Below are positions 30,810 to 40,893 of a stretch of 64,000 bases of DNA, in pieces (the stretch's first letter is position 1; every line of letters starts with the position of its first letter). The position numbers and the translations under genes are program-made. The DNA is from a virus. Lineage: Duplodnaviria; Caudoviricetes. Below the pieces are notes generated by a model. The model worked only from the letters and a program-made list of their open reading frames with translations. It was not told where the DNA came from and made no database searches. The stretch lies in the IMG/VR virus record IMGVR_UViG_3300025389_001063, one strand, 5' to 3'.

Positions 30810-33053
30810 ATGCCAGCCGCTGATATAACAGGTAGTGACCTTTTTTTGACTTTGAAGAGCAGGTTCCCTAGCATTAAACTAGGTAACGCTGATGGAGAAT
30901 CTACGGTTGATCCTAAAGAGGCTGTATTCTTTGATTTTGATTTTGTTGTTAATGGTGAGAAAATTGCGTCAGTAAGTATATCGATTGCTGAGGATGGTGT
31001 ATTAAAACTTTTCTATAGTAATGATATTTTACAAAGTCAAGATAATGTAGTTAAGCAGAAATGGTTTGATTTTCTCAAGAATATGAGATTATTTGCTAAA
31101 AAGAGATTAATGGCTTTTGAACCAACTGACATAACTAAGAAGAATTTAGATAAACGAGATTATGAAAAAATGTCGGCAGAAGCAAGCCCAAGAAAATCTG
31201 AGGAAGACAAAATGACTGAATCATCCCTTTACGGTTCAACAAAATCAAGTTATCAAAAACTTGAAAATGCTAGAATAATTATTAGACATTCACAAAAAGT
31301 AGACGAAGGTAGTGCTAATAGCCGCACAAGAAATATTGATAGCATTTATGTAGAAAATGCTGTTGGAGAAAGATTCCGTTACCCATTTAATCATCTAAGC
31401 GGTGCTAGAGCAATGATGAGACACGTTGCTAATGGCGGAAATCCATATGATAACTTTGGACAGTATATTGTAGGGCTCAGTGAACAAGTTTATAATCTTC
31501 GTAAGTTTAACAATTTAATGCATAGAAATGCTTTCCTTGAAAACAGCGAACTTACAAATATTGCATCTGCTGCTAAAGATAAGACAGTAAATCTTAAGAA
31601 AGTTATTGAGCGTCTTCAGAAACAAAGCGGTTATGAAGCAATTAAAGAAAACTTTACAGAATATAAAAAGGCAGCATTGGATGATGCTACACTTGAAGCA
31701 TTAAAGAATAGATTTACAATTCAACAGTTCAATGAAGAACTTGTTGATTTATTCCCATACATTAGCGATTTAATTGGTGAAGAAACTGTTACAGAAGGTG
31801 GTATTGCTGAAATTGGTAAGATGCTTTCAACATCCAGTTCAGTAGAAGAAGCACCTAAGGCAAAGGCTGCTCCTGCTAATATTAAGAAAGCAGATGAACC
31901 AACAGATGCAGATGCTGCTGCTGAGCCAATTGGTAAGATTCCATTTATGGGTCGTGCTGGTGATGACGTTGGTGACTTGCATATGGCACTCAAAGGAATG
32001 GGTGAAGTAAGAATTGAACCATTTGATAAAGTATCAATACAGAAGGCTATGGACAAAGTTCATGCTGAAATTAAAGATTACGAGAGAGGTGTTGCAGATA
32101 ATCCAAAAGATAAAAAGATGCAATATGGTCTCGAGAAGGCACAGGCACGTTTAGGCTTACTTCAGGCTCGTATGGGAACTGCTGAAACACATGCAGGTAA
32201 CCCAGTAACAAAGATTGGTCTATTTATTGACCATCTTTCAAAGCATGTTAAAGACGATAAACTTTCTTTAATACTTTCTCGTATAGCAGATGCTTACAGT
32301 GAAATGTCAAAGCAAGAACGTCAAGAAGTCAACAGCATGATTAGTGCTATGTTGAAGAAGGCAAAGTACGTACCGATGTTCTCAGCAGAGAGCACCTCAT
32401 TCGAAGAACTCGAAGGTATGTTAGGCGGTACAGTACAACAAAGACCAATGCAGGGGGAAAAGGTTGACCCTGTCAGTGAATACGAAAGTCTTTTAGACGC
32501 AACAATACATGAAAAAAGTGATATATTAAGTACAGATCAAGACGTCAAAGCAAGGGCACTAGGTGAACTAAATCAATTAATGAGTGACGAATTCCCAGTA
32601 GGGACAAACGGAGTAAATGCAATTGAAAGTTTGCGCGGTATCATAGATGACGGCAACTTGTTTAAACAGTTTATGGAAATGAGTCAGGAAGATGCTGCTG
32701 GTGATGCAAGACAAATGATTGTTGCGTGGATCCAGGAACATGCTCCTGACATTATGAGTGAATTAGAGGTCAAGGGCATAAAGATGCCCGTTAAAAAGGC
32801 ACCAGAAGAAAGTGAAATGGAAGTTCCAAAAGAAGAAAAGGAACAACCAATAAATGAAGTCGAAGACTTTGTTAAGAGCCTATATGATAGCCATACTGGA
32901 AACTTTCCACGTGGTGAAACTGGTGTCCTTTCAAGCGTCGAAAAGAAATTTGGTGAAAGAGCAGTTCCAGTTGCCCAATCGGTAATTGAACATTTAAAAC
33001 AGAGCTTTGACGAAAATATAATGCGTATGCGTAAGTTAGCAGGCGTAAGTTAA
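30810..33053 (+). CDS. Large hypothetical late protein
   Basis: 747-aa ORF with TAAATA 7 nt upstream; no recognised catalytic motif. Confidence 0.6.
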   Translation: MPAADITGSDLFLTLKSRFPSIKLGNADGESTVDPKEAVFFDFDFVVNGEKIASVSISIAEDGVLKLFYSNDILQSQDNVVKQKWFDFLKNMRLFAKKRLMAFEPTDITKKNLDKRDYEKMSAEASPRKSEEDKMTESSLYGSTKSSYQKLENARIIIRHSQKVDEGSANSRTRNIDSIYVENAVGERFRYPFNHLSGARAMMRHVANGGNPYDNFGQYIVGLSEQVYNLRKFNNLMHRNAFLENSELTNIASAAKDKTVNLKKVIERLQKQSGYEAIKENFTEYKKAALDDATLEALKNRFTIQQFNEELVDLFPYISDLIGEETVTEGGIAEIGKMLSTSSSVEEAPKAKAAPANIKKADEPTDADAAAEPIGKIPFMGRAGDDVGDLHMALKGMGEVRIEPFDKVSIQKAMDKVHAEIKDYERGVADNPKDKKMQYGLEKAQARLGLLQARMGTAETHAGNPVTKIGLFIDHLSKHVKDDKLSLILSRIADAYSEMSKQERQEVNSMISAMLKKAKYVPMFSAESTSFEELEGMLGGTVQQRPMQGEKVDPVSEYESLLDATIHEKSDILSTDQDVKARALGELNQLMSDEFPVGTNGVNAIESLRGIIDDGNLFKQFMEMSQEDAAGDARQMIVAWIQEHAPDIMSELEVKGIKMPVKKAPEESEMEVPKEEKEQPINEVEDFVKSLYDSHTGNFPRGETGVLSSVEKKFGERAVPVAQSVIEHLKQSFDENIMRMRKLAGVS

Positions 33054-33070
33054 AAATATCAAAATATATA

Positions 33071-33120
33071 TTGACATGATAAATAGAACTGCATTATAGT
33101 AATATAGTGCAGTTTTATTT
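33071..33120 (+). promoter_or_regulatory. Composite promoter/hairpin upstream of ssDNA-binding gene
   Basis: TTGACA-N18-TATAGT with TAAATA nested in the spacer; 12-bp hairpin 33087-33114 with GTAA loop then T tract. Confidence 0.6.
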
Positions 33121-33157
33121 TAGGCACAGCCAAGGCATTTTATAAAGGAGATAGGCA

Positions 33158-34138
33158 ATGGCATCATTAGCAGAAATTCGCGCAAAACTTCGCGAGCAAG
33201 AAACTAAATCATCAGGCAATTCACAAGGTGGCGGAGATAACGGAATTTATCCGTTCTGGAACCTTAAGGAAGGCGAGGAAGCAGTAGTTAGATTCCTCCC
33301 AGATGGCAATCCCGATAATACATTTTTCTGGGTTGAACGTGCGATGATTAAACTTCCATTCCAAGGTGTAAAAGGTGGAGACTCTAAGCCTGTACAGGTA
33401 CAAGTTCCATGCGTTGAAATGTGGGGTGAGACTTGCCCAATTCTAAGTGAAGTGCGTGGTTGGTTCAAGGACAAGAGCCTTGAAGATATGGGTCGTAAGT
33501 ATTGGAAGAAGCGTTCGTATCTCTTCCAAGGTCTAGTTACTGATGATCCTCTTAAAGAAGAAACTACACCTGAGAATCCAATTCGTAGATTTATCATTGG
33601 TCCTCAGATATTCCAAATTGTTCGTGCAGCATTACTTGATCCAGAGATGGAAGATCTTCCGACAGATTATGTCCACGGTGTTGACTTCCGTATCAGCAAA
33701 GGATCAAAGGGTGGATATGCTGACTACGGTGCTTCCAAATGGTCACGTCGTGAACGTGCTTTAACTGAAGATGAACAGAATGCTGTTAAGGCACATGGTT
33801 TGTTTAAGTTAAATGATTATTTGCCAAAGAAGCCAACTGATGTTGAACTTAAAGTCATTAAAGAGATGTTTGAAGCATCTGTTGATGGTGAGGCATTTGA
33901 TGCTGAGAAGTGGAGTCAATATTATCGTCCAAGTGGTATGAGTGCAGCAACAGGCGATCCAAACACAAGATCAGCCGCTAAGGCTGCTCCAGTGGAGGAT
34001 GAGGACGCCCCTTTTGATGATGAGCCAAAGGCAGTAGCAAAGGCTGCTCCTAAGGCTCCTGAAACAAAAAGCACAAGCGGAGATAGCAAGGCACAAGATA
34101 TCCTTTCTATGATTCGCGCACGTCAAAACAAGAACTGA
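33158..34138 (+). CDS. gp32: Single-stranded DNA-binding protein (T4 gp32-like)
   Basis: VRFLP, VPC.EM..ETCPI, YWKKRSY, G.DFRI.K..KGGYADY, acidic tail. Confidence 0.9.
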   Translation: MASLAEIRAKLREQETKSSGNSQGGGDNGIYPFWNLKEGEEAVVRFLPDGNPDNTFFWVERAMIKLPFQGVKGGDSKPVQVQVPCVEMWGETCPILSEVRGWFKDKSLEDMGRKYWKKRSYLFQGLVTDDPLKEETTPENPIRRFIIGPQIFQIVRAALLDPEMEDLPTDYVHGVDFRISKGSKGGYADYGASKWSRRERALTEDEQNAVKAHGLFKLNDYLPKKPTDVELKVIKEMFEASVDGEAFDAEKWSQYYRPSGMSAATGDPNTRSAAKAAPVEDEDAPFDDEPKAVAKAAPKAPETKSTSGDSKAQDILSMIRARQNKN

Positions 34139-34144
34139 TAACAA

Positions 34145-34173
34145 GGGGGAGTTAATCTCCCCCATTTTTCTTT
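34145..34173 (+). terminator. Intrinsic terminator after gp32
   Basis: GGGGGAG-ttaat-CTCCCCC followed by ATTTTTCTTT. Confidence 0.75.
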
Positions 34174-34185
34174 AGGAGAATTCTC

Positions 34186-35274
34186 ATGGCTAAGACTTTT
34201 GACATAACAAAATTTAGAAAAACTCTAACAAAGAGTATTGACGGTTTAGGTGTAGGCTTTAATGATCCAACAGATTGGGTTTCAACAGGTAACTTTGCTC
34301 TTAACTATTTGATTAGCGGTGATTTTTACAAAGGTATTCCTCTCGGTAAGGTTACAGTATTTGCTGGTGAGTCAGGTGCCGGTAAGAGTTATATTTGCTC
34401 TGGTAACATAGTTAAGAATGCACAGGAACAAGGAATTTATGTTGTTCTAATTGATAGTGAGAACGCATTAGATGAATCATGGTTACATGCTTTAGGTGTT
34501 GATACTAGTGAAGAAAAACTTCTTAAACTTAATATGGCAATGATCGACGATGTTGCTAAAACTATTCATGAGTTTATGAAGGAATATAAAGTAATGGCAG
34601 AAGAAGAACGTCCAAAGGTTCTTTTTGTAGTTGACTCACTTGGTATGTTGCTTACACCTACAGATATTAATCAGTTTGAAGCAGGTGACTTAAAAGGTGA
34701 TATGGGTAGAAAGCCAAAGGCTCTTACTGCTCTTGTTCGTAATTGTGTTAATATGTTTGGCAATTATAATGTTGGACTTGTAGCGACTAATCATACATAT
34801 GCTTCACAAGATATGTTTGATCCAGACGATAAGATCAGTGGTGGTCAAGGCTTTATCTACGCAAGTTCGATTGTTGTTGCGATGCGTAAATTAAAGTTAA
34901 AAGAAGATGAAGACGGTAATAAGGTTAGTGAGGTAAATGGTATTCGTGCCTCATGTAAGATCATGAAGACACGTTATGCTAAACCTTTTGAAGGTGTACA
35001 GATTAAGATCCCTTATGACACTGGTATGGATCCTCACTCAGGAATTCTAGACCTATTCGAGAAGAAAGGTATAATTACACAACAAGGCAACCGACTAAAG
35101 TATATAGATTCAAAAGGTAAAGAACATTTAGAATACCGTAAGCAGTGGAAAAGTGATCTGTTAAATTTTGTAATGGAAGACTATATACATTTACAGCCGA
35201 AGAAGACTGTCGAAGAATCAGTCGATGAAGAAATGGTTGTCTTAGAACAAACTGAGGAAACTGTAAATGAATGA
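34186..35274 (+). CDS. uvsX: RecA-like recombinase UvsX
   Basis: STGNFALNYLISG, AGESGAGKS, IDSENA, VVDSLGML, SGGQG..YASS. Confidence 0.93.
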   Translation: MAKTFDITKFRKTLTKSIDGLGVGFNDPTDWVSTGNFALNYLISGDFYKGIPLGKVTVFAGESGAGKSYICSGNIVKNAQEQGIYVVLIDSENALDESWLHALGVDTSEEKLLKLNMAMIDDVAKTIHEFMKEYKVMAEEERPKVLFVVDSLGMLLTPTDINQFEAGDLKGDMGRKPKALTALVRNCVNMFGNYNVGLVATNHTYASQDMFDPDDKISGGQGFIYASSIVVAMRKLKLKEDEDGNKVSEVNGIRASCKIMKTRYAKPFEGVQIKIPYDTGMDPHSGILDLFEKKGIITQQGNRLKYIDSKGKEHLEYRKQWKSDLLNFVMEDYIHLQPKKTVEESVDEEMVVLEQTEETVNE

Positions 35275-35503
35275 ATCATTAATTGTAGAGATGTGGGACT
35301 TATTCAAGGATTATACCGATAAGAAACAAAGACCAGTAATAGCAGAAAAATATGTTCAATTAGTGAGCGACCACGGAGCAAGTGATCGTGATTTACAACA
35401 TGTTATAGGTCACGATGATGACTTAGATGATGCTATAAAAGACTTATTAGATATTAATCCTTATGAAGAAGAAGACAACTATAACGATTATGACAATGAG
35501 TGA
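35267..35503 (+). CDS. Small acidic hypothetical protein
   Basis: 78-aa ORF between uvsX and uvsY. Confidence 0.6.
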   Translation: MNESLIVEMWDLFKDYTDKKQRPVIAEKYVQLVSDHGASDRDLQHVIGHDDDLDDAIKDLLDINPYEEEDNYNDYDNE

Positions 35504-35506
35504 TAT

Positions 35507-35962
35507 ATGAGTTGGTATTCCAAGGTTAGCAAAGATATAGGAAATCTTCCTGATGCAATGGCATACTTCGAAGCAGAGTTATTAGATGCTCGTAAAGAAG
35601 TAAAGATATCAGGAAATATTGAGAAGGCTTCTGCTAACATGCCCGGTATTGTAGAACTACGATACGCACAGTTACAGGAATTAGAAGCAATCTTGGAATA
35701 CCTTAATATCGAATTAAGAAAAATTAGAAGTCAATTTTTTAGAAAATATTTAGAAAATTATCAGAGAGCACTCAGCAGTCGTGACGTAGAAAAATATGTT
35801 GACGGTGAAGAAGACGTTTGTGATTATGAAAAGATTATCAATGAATTTGCTTTGTTACGTAATAAATGGCTAGGAGTCTTAAAATCACTAGATATTAAGC
35901 AGTGGCAATTAACTAATGTGATAAAACTCAGGGTAGCAGGCATGGAAGATGCTTCATTATAA
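35507..35962 (+). CDS. uvsY: Recombination mediator UvsY-like
   Basis: KYLENYQRALSSRDVEKYVDGE and IKQWQLTNVIKLRVAGMED motifs; follows uvsX. Confidence 0.8.
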   Translation: MSWYSKVSKDIGNLPDAMAYFEAELLDARKEVKISGNIEKASANMPGIVELRYAQLQELEAILEYLNIELRKIRSQFFRKYLENYQRALSSRDVEKYVDGEEDVCDYEKIINEFALLRNKWLGVLKSLDIKQWQLTNVIKLRVAGMEDASL

Positions 35963-35989
35963 ATAGACGCATATAATGCGAGAATAATA

Positions 35990-37486
35990 ATGAAGAATAA
36001 AGTTTTTATAGGATGGGATCCTAGAGAAGATATTGCCTATCAAGTTAGTGAATATAGTATTATTTCTAGATCACCCAATGCCGATGTTGTTCCTTTAGTT
36101 CAAGAAGATTTGAGAACTGTTGGGTTATATTCTCGTCCAGTAGATCCTTTATCAAGTACAGAATTTACATTTACAAGATACTTAATTCCAGCAATTATGA
36201 ATTATCAAGGCTGGGCAATGTTCACCGATTGCGACATTATATTTTTAGAAGATGTACAAAAACTTTTTGATTTAGCAGATGATCAATATGCTATTATGTG
36301 TGTTAAACATAATTATGATGTTAAAGAAAAAGTTAAAATGGATGGTAAAGAACAAACTGTTTATCCAAGAAAAAATTGGAGTTCGGTTATGTTAATCAAT
36401 TGTGGACATCCAAGTAACGCTAAATTAACACCTGAATTAGTTAATGATCCTGAGATAACAGGTGCATATTTACATCGATTTGCTTGGCTAGAAGATCATG
36501 AGATTGGTGAATTTAGTCATGAATGGAATTGGTTAGTTGGAGTATATCAAGAACCTAAAGATGGAAAGCCTATCGGTATTCATCATACATTAGGTGGTCC
36601 TTGGTTTAAAAATTATCGTAATTGCGAATATAAGAATGTTTGGGTTAAGGAATTAACTAATATGATGAAACCTAATTTTTATACAATGGGAGAAGGTAAT
36701 GGTGTTCTAGAACTTTTTTCTGATGGTTCAGGAGGAGAAGTTATACGAAACGATTTTAACTTCAATGAAAATCTCTCAGTTCCGATAGCCTTTAGAGGAA
36801 TACAAAAAAGAAAATTAATACATAAGTGTTGGGAAACAAATAGATTATTCTACTTTATGGATACTGGTTATTTTGCTAATTATGCTACAGAAAGTAATCC
36901 TAAAGCATTTAAAAGATGGCATCGCATTGTTAAAAATAATGTACAACATATTGGAGAAGTTCAAGATAGACCATCTAATCGTTGGGAACGTTTACAAAAA
37001 GAATTTCCTAAACTAAAATGGCCTAATTGGAAGAAAGATGGTAGAAGTATACTACTAGTAACACCTTCTGATAAACCTTGTAAGTTTTATGAAATTAACG
37101 CCCAAGAGTGGATTGATACTACTATTGAGACTTTAAGACAATACACTGATAGACCTATAATTGTTAGAAATAAACCAGAAACAAGAATTGAAAGAGCACA
37201 GTATTTTACAATATACGATCAAATGGATAAAGATGATGTGTTTGCTCTCGTAACTTATAATTCTATTGCAGCAGTTGAAGCAGTTGCTTATGGAATTCCA
37301 GCATTCACTCTTGCACCCAATGCTGCTAGTTCCATGTGTTCAACAGACTTATCAAAAGTAGAAACACCATATTATCCTGATCCAGATTTAGTACATAAAT
37401 GGTGTTGTTATCTTGCTTACGGACAATTTCATGTTGATGAACTAGGTGACGGGACTGCCTGGAAAATATTGAACAAGTATTCATAA
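35990..37486 (+). CDS. Fusion: GT-A (GT8-like) glycosyltransferase + KpsC/KpsS-like GT-B domain
   Basis: N-half FIGWDPRE, STEFTFTRY, FTDCD, YPRKNWSS; C-half PIIVRNKP, LVTYNSIAAVEAVAYGIP; TATAAATA upstream. Confidence 0.7.
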   Translation: MKNKVFIGWDPREDIAYQVSEYSIISRSPNADVVPLVQEDLRTVGLYSRPVDPLSSTEFTFTRYLIPAIMNYQGWAMFTDCDIIFLEDVQKLFDLADDQYAIMCVKHNYDVKEKVKMDGKEQTVYPRKNWSSVMLINCGHPSNAKLTPELVNDPEITGAYLHRFAWLEDHEIGEFSHEWNWLVGVYQEPKDGKPIGIHHTLGGPWFKNYRNCEYKNVWVKELTNMMKPNFYTMGEGNGVLELFSDGSGGEVIRNDFNFNENLSVPIAFRGIQKRKLIHKCWETNRLFYFMDTGYFANYATESNPKAFKRWHRIVKNNVQHIGEVQDRPSNRWERLQKEFPKLKWPNWKKDGRSILLVTPSDKPCKFYEINAQEWIDTTIETLRQYTDRPIIVRNKPETRIERAQYFTIYDQMDKDDVFALVTYNSIAAVEAVAYGIPAFTLAPNAASSMCSTDLSKVETPYYPDPDLVHKWCCYLAYGQFHVDELGDGTAWKILNKYS

Positions 37487-38406
37487 TGATTACTGTTGTC
37501 TCATATTTACGAGGAATACCTGCTAGTAATAATAATTTAGAAAAACCTAGAGCATTAACAAATTTTATCTCTGGAGTACAAATTGCTGGAGATACTGGTA
37601 TTTTAAGTAACGATACTAAGTTAATAAAAGCAGATGTTGCTGTTATACAGGGGTTTGTTCACGAAGATGGTAAGAATGCCCCTCATCTGCAATTTCGTAA
37701 AGATGTATTAGATTTTCAAAAATTTAATAAGAATAGAACTATAATAATTGATAGTAATCTTTTTTTATATAGAGATCCTGGGAATACTAAAGGATATTTG
37801 AGATATAGTTATGATGGTATATTTCCCAATACAGGAGAGTATTGTAATAATAGTCCTGATCCTAAAAGATGGAATAAAATTCAAACAGATTTAGGAATAA
37901 GATTAAAACCTTGGAGAAACAATGGTAATCATATTTTAATATGTTTACAACGTAACGGGGGGTGGAGTATGAAGGGTATGACTGTTGTTGATTTCTTTAT
38001 AGATACCGTTAAAAAAATAAGAAAATATACAGATCGTCCTATTGTTGCTCGTACACATCCCGGAGATAAAAAGGCTTTAGAATATTCGAGACAACTTATT
38101 GGACCTAATGTAACTTTAAGTAATAAAAAAAATATTATTGATGATCTAAATAATGCTTGGGCATCTGTTGTTTATAATAGCAGTCCGAGTGTAGCAAGTA
38201 TTATTGAAGGTGTTCCAAGTTTTGTATTAGATCCTTCTTATAGCCAATCAACTAGCGTATCTAATTTAAATTTAATTGATATCGAAAACCCATTAATGCC
38301 AGAGAGGAAAGATTGGGTACAAAGATTAGCACAATGTCACTGGAATGATGTAGATTTAATACGTGGAGATACTTGGAGACATATGCGTAATTATCTACGC
38401 CAATAA
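37486..38406 (+). CDS. KpsC/KpsS-like (capsule-synthesis family) glycosyltransferase
   Basis: PIVARTHP, VVYNSSPSVASIIEGVP; paralogous to C-half of upstream gene. Confidence 0.55.
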   Translation: MITVVSYLRGIPASNNNLEKPRALTNFISGVQIAGDTGILSNDTKLIKADVAVIQGFVHEDGKNAPHLQFRKDVLDFQKFNKNRTIIIDSNLFLYRDPGNTKGYLRYSYDGIFPNTGEYCNNSPDPKRWNKIQTDLGIRLKPWRNNGNHILICLQRNGGWSMKGMTVVDFFIDTVKKIRKYTDRPIVARTHPGDKKALEYSRQLIGPNVTLSNKKNIIDDLNNAWASVVYNSSPSVASIIEGVPSFVLDPSYSQSTSVSNLNLIDIENPLMPERKDWVQRLAQCHWNDVDLIRGDTWRHMRNYLRQ

Positions 38407-39200
38407 GATTCAGTTCTAATCATTTTTAAATCTGGCGTTTTACTCTTACCTAATCTCTTTCGTTCGTCACCTTTGAGGTGATCCAAGTAAGCACCCCATT
38501 CACAATTAATTAAAGGATGCCCTTCCCCAGAAATAATCCCATCGCTCCAATTATACTCTTTGAGATTAGAGATACGAGACCGTACTTCATCAAATACAAA
38601 ACTATCATGCCACTCACGCATAGTAAAGATACCATTTTCAGCATCGTCATATACATGTTGAAACTCCTTTAAGAATTGTTGAACTTTTTCACTACGAAGA
38701 TTTAGACTATAAAGACCACATTCACTGTATTTGTTCTTACGTCCTAAATAGCCAATATCAATGCTACTAGGTGCCATTCTAGAAATAAAATCAATAGTAA
38801 TAGGACTGTGACAAACATTATCTGCATCCATCCAAAAGATCGTATCAACATCACAATTTCGAACACAATGAAAAATACTATATACCTTATGAGCAAACCT
38901 AATCGCATCCCACTTAAATCCTTCTTTCTTTCTTTTATCGTTATGCTGCTTAGTACTGTCGTTAGTCCATCCTCTAGCCTTAGGATCATTTTTCCATTTT
39001 CTTTTAAAAGATGTTAATTCATTAACTGAATTTAAATCTCTGTAAACAATATTAGAAGCAGTTTCAGTTGGAATAACATCTTGATGATAAACATATAAAG
39101 TTATTTCTTTAGGCCAATTACGAATAAATGTTTGTATCATTCTCTTTCCATAAAGATCGTAACCGGCTTTATGAAAAGTTGTTACTACAGCATATTTCAT
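38391..39200 (-). CDS. GT-A fold glycosyltransferase-like protein
   Basis: AVVTTF..GY..YG..MI.TF, RFAHKVY, FWMDAD (DxD), WHDSFVFD, DHLKG. Confidence 0.7.
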   Translation of the reverse strand: MKYAVVTTFHKAGYDLYGKRMIQTFIRNWPKEITLYVYHQDVIPTETASNIVYRDLNSVNELTSFKRKWKNDPKARGWTNDSTKQHNDKRKKEGFKWDAIRFAHKVYSIFHCVRNCDVDTIFWMDADNVCHSPITIDFISRMAPSSIDIGYLGRKNKYSECGLYSLNLRSEKVQQFLKEFQHVYDDAENGIFTMREWHDSFVFDEVRSRISNLKEYNWSDGIISGEGHPLINCEWGAYLDHLKGDERKRLGKSKTPDLKMIRTESYWRR

Positions 39201-40024
39201 CCGTAATTACCATATCGCTTTTCGTCTTTATCACTTATCTTAATAAGTTTAATAAAATCACCAGCGGGATCCCATTCCCACCAATTTTCTTTTAAATGCC
39301 ATTTGTCTGGTCTTGCATGATGTGTATTATGCCATCCATCGCCGAACGCAATTATGTTTGCTAACCAACTATTAGTACTATTATCTTTAATATCATAACT
39401 ACGATAACCATGCCAATGCCCAACTACATTTAACCACCCTAATGAGTTAAGACTCCAACTAGTCGGAACAACATAAAGAAATAACCAAAGCTTAGGACTT
39501 ATAATAATTAAAAATATCCACCAAGCAAACATCATTTTCCAATAATGATCATAAATGAATCTATGTCTAGGATTTTTTAATAAATCTCTACCAAAAGAAA
39601 TAGGAATAGTACTCACTTTCCAATCCCACCCTAACCAAACATTTAATGCTTGTGGAAAATTAAATTTTCCATTAATAAGAGGAGAATGTGGATCGCGTTC
39701 AGTATCAGAGCATCTATGATGGTATCTATGCAATGCTACCCATGCTATTGTTGGGCCAACTGTAGAAGGAATTGTCATATATGTAAAAATTGTTTCTAAC
39801 CAAGGCCAAGTCTTATATGATCTATGACAAATTAATCTGTGTAATACTACAACAATACTAATACCACCAAAAATTATCCACCCTAGTACTGAAACTAAAA
39901 GCCATTGCCATTCTTGATTCCATAGGGCGTATATTACTGTAGGAATAGATAAAATATGACATCCCCATTGTATTAATCTTATTTGTCGATCTAACCCCAG
40001 ATTGTTTATCCATTTTATTATCAT
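39197..40024 (-). CDS. Membrane fatty-acid (delta-9-type) desaturase
   Basis: Three His boxes HRLICH, HRYHH, HNTHH plus NVVGH; hydrophobic segments; start Met 40024 more likely than 40063. Confidence 0.88.
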   Translation of the reverse strand: MIIKWINNLGLDRQIRLIQWGCHILSIPTVIYALWNQEWQWLLVSVLGWIIFGGISIVVVLHRLICHRSYKTWPWLETIFTYMTIPSTVGPTIAWVALHRYHHRCSDTERDPHSPLINGKFNFPQALNVWLGWDWKVSTIPISFGRDLLKNPRHRFIYDHYWKMMFAWWIFLIIISPKLWLFLYVVPTSWSLNSLGWLNVVGHWHGYRSYDIKDNSTNSWLANIIAFGDGWHNTHHARPDKWHLKENWWEWDPAGDFIKLIKISDKDEKRYGNYG

Positions 40025-40040
40025 GATACTATATATATCC

Positions 40041-40886
40041 ATGAAGTTCGGAATATTTAACAAATTCGGTGCCTTAAACAGTCAACCTATATTCGAAGCA
40101 TTTGAACAATCTATAAAAAGAAAAGGTTGGCAAGTGTTACATCAAAATGCAGATTGTGATGTTGCTGTTATATGGTCTGTTCTTTGGGATGGACGTATGG
40201 CACAGAATCATAGAATATGGGAACATTATCGTAAGAAGAATAGACCTGTAATTATATTAGAAGTTGGTGCTCTTGATAGAGGTAATTTATGGAAAGTATC
40301 AATTAACGGTATTAATGGCTCTGGTTATTTTGGACCAACAGGTAACGACGATAGGAGAAGAAAGAACTTAAATTTAAAACCTTGGAAGCAAGGTAATAAG
40401 ATTATAATTTGTGGACAACACCCTAAGAGTCAACAATGGAAAAATATGCCTGATCCAAATCAATGGCTATCAAAAGTAGTTACTGATATAAGAAACGTTA
40501 CAGACCGTGAGATACTAGTAAGACCACATCCCCGAGTACCATTAAATTATACAGGATATGAACCATTTGTTAGTGTTCATTATCCAAATAAAATTCCAGG
40601 TACTTATGATTCATTTGATTTTGATAATGCACTACAAGATGCTTGGGCAGTCGTAAATTGGAACAGTAATCCTGCTACTGTAGCAGTATTAGGTGGCATT
40701 CCTGTATTTGTTGGACCAGATAGTTATGCTGCTCCTGTTGGAAATTTAGATTGGTCTAAGATTGAAAATCCAATAATGCCTGATAGAGAACAATGGGCAA
40801 ACGACCTTGCGTATACTGAGTGGACTGTAGAAGAAATAGCATTAGGCGAACCTTTAGATAGACTTGCGTCACGTTTGACTGTATAG
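40041..40886 (+). CDS. KpsC/KpsS-like glycosyltransferase (third paralogous domain)
   Basis: EILVRPHP, VVNWNSNPATVAVLGGIP, WANDLAYTEWTVEE. Confidence 0.55.
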   Translation: MKFGIFNKFGALNSQPIFEAFEQSIKRKGWQVLHQNADCDVAVIWSVLWDGRMAQNHRIWEHYRKKNRPVIILEVGALDRGNLWKVSINGINGSGYFGPTGNDDRRRKNLNLKPWKQGNKIIICGQHPKSQQWKNMPDPNQWLSKVVTDIRNVTDREILVRPHPRVPLNYTGYEPFVSVHYPNKIPGTYDSFDFDNALQDAWAVVNWNSNPATVAVLGGIPVFVGPDSYAAPVGNLDWSKIENPIMPDREQWANDLAYTEWTVEEIALGEPLDRLASRLTV

Positions 40887-40893
40887 TTATAAA

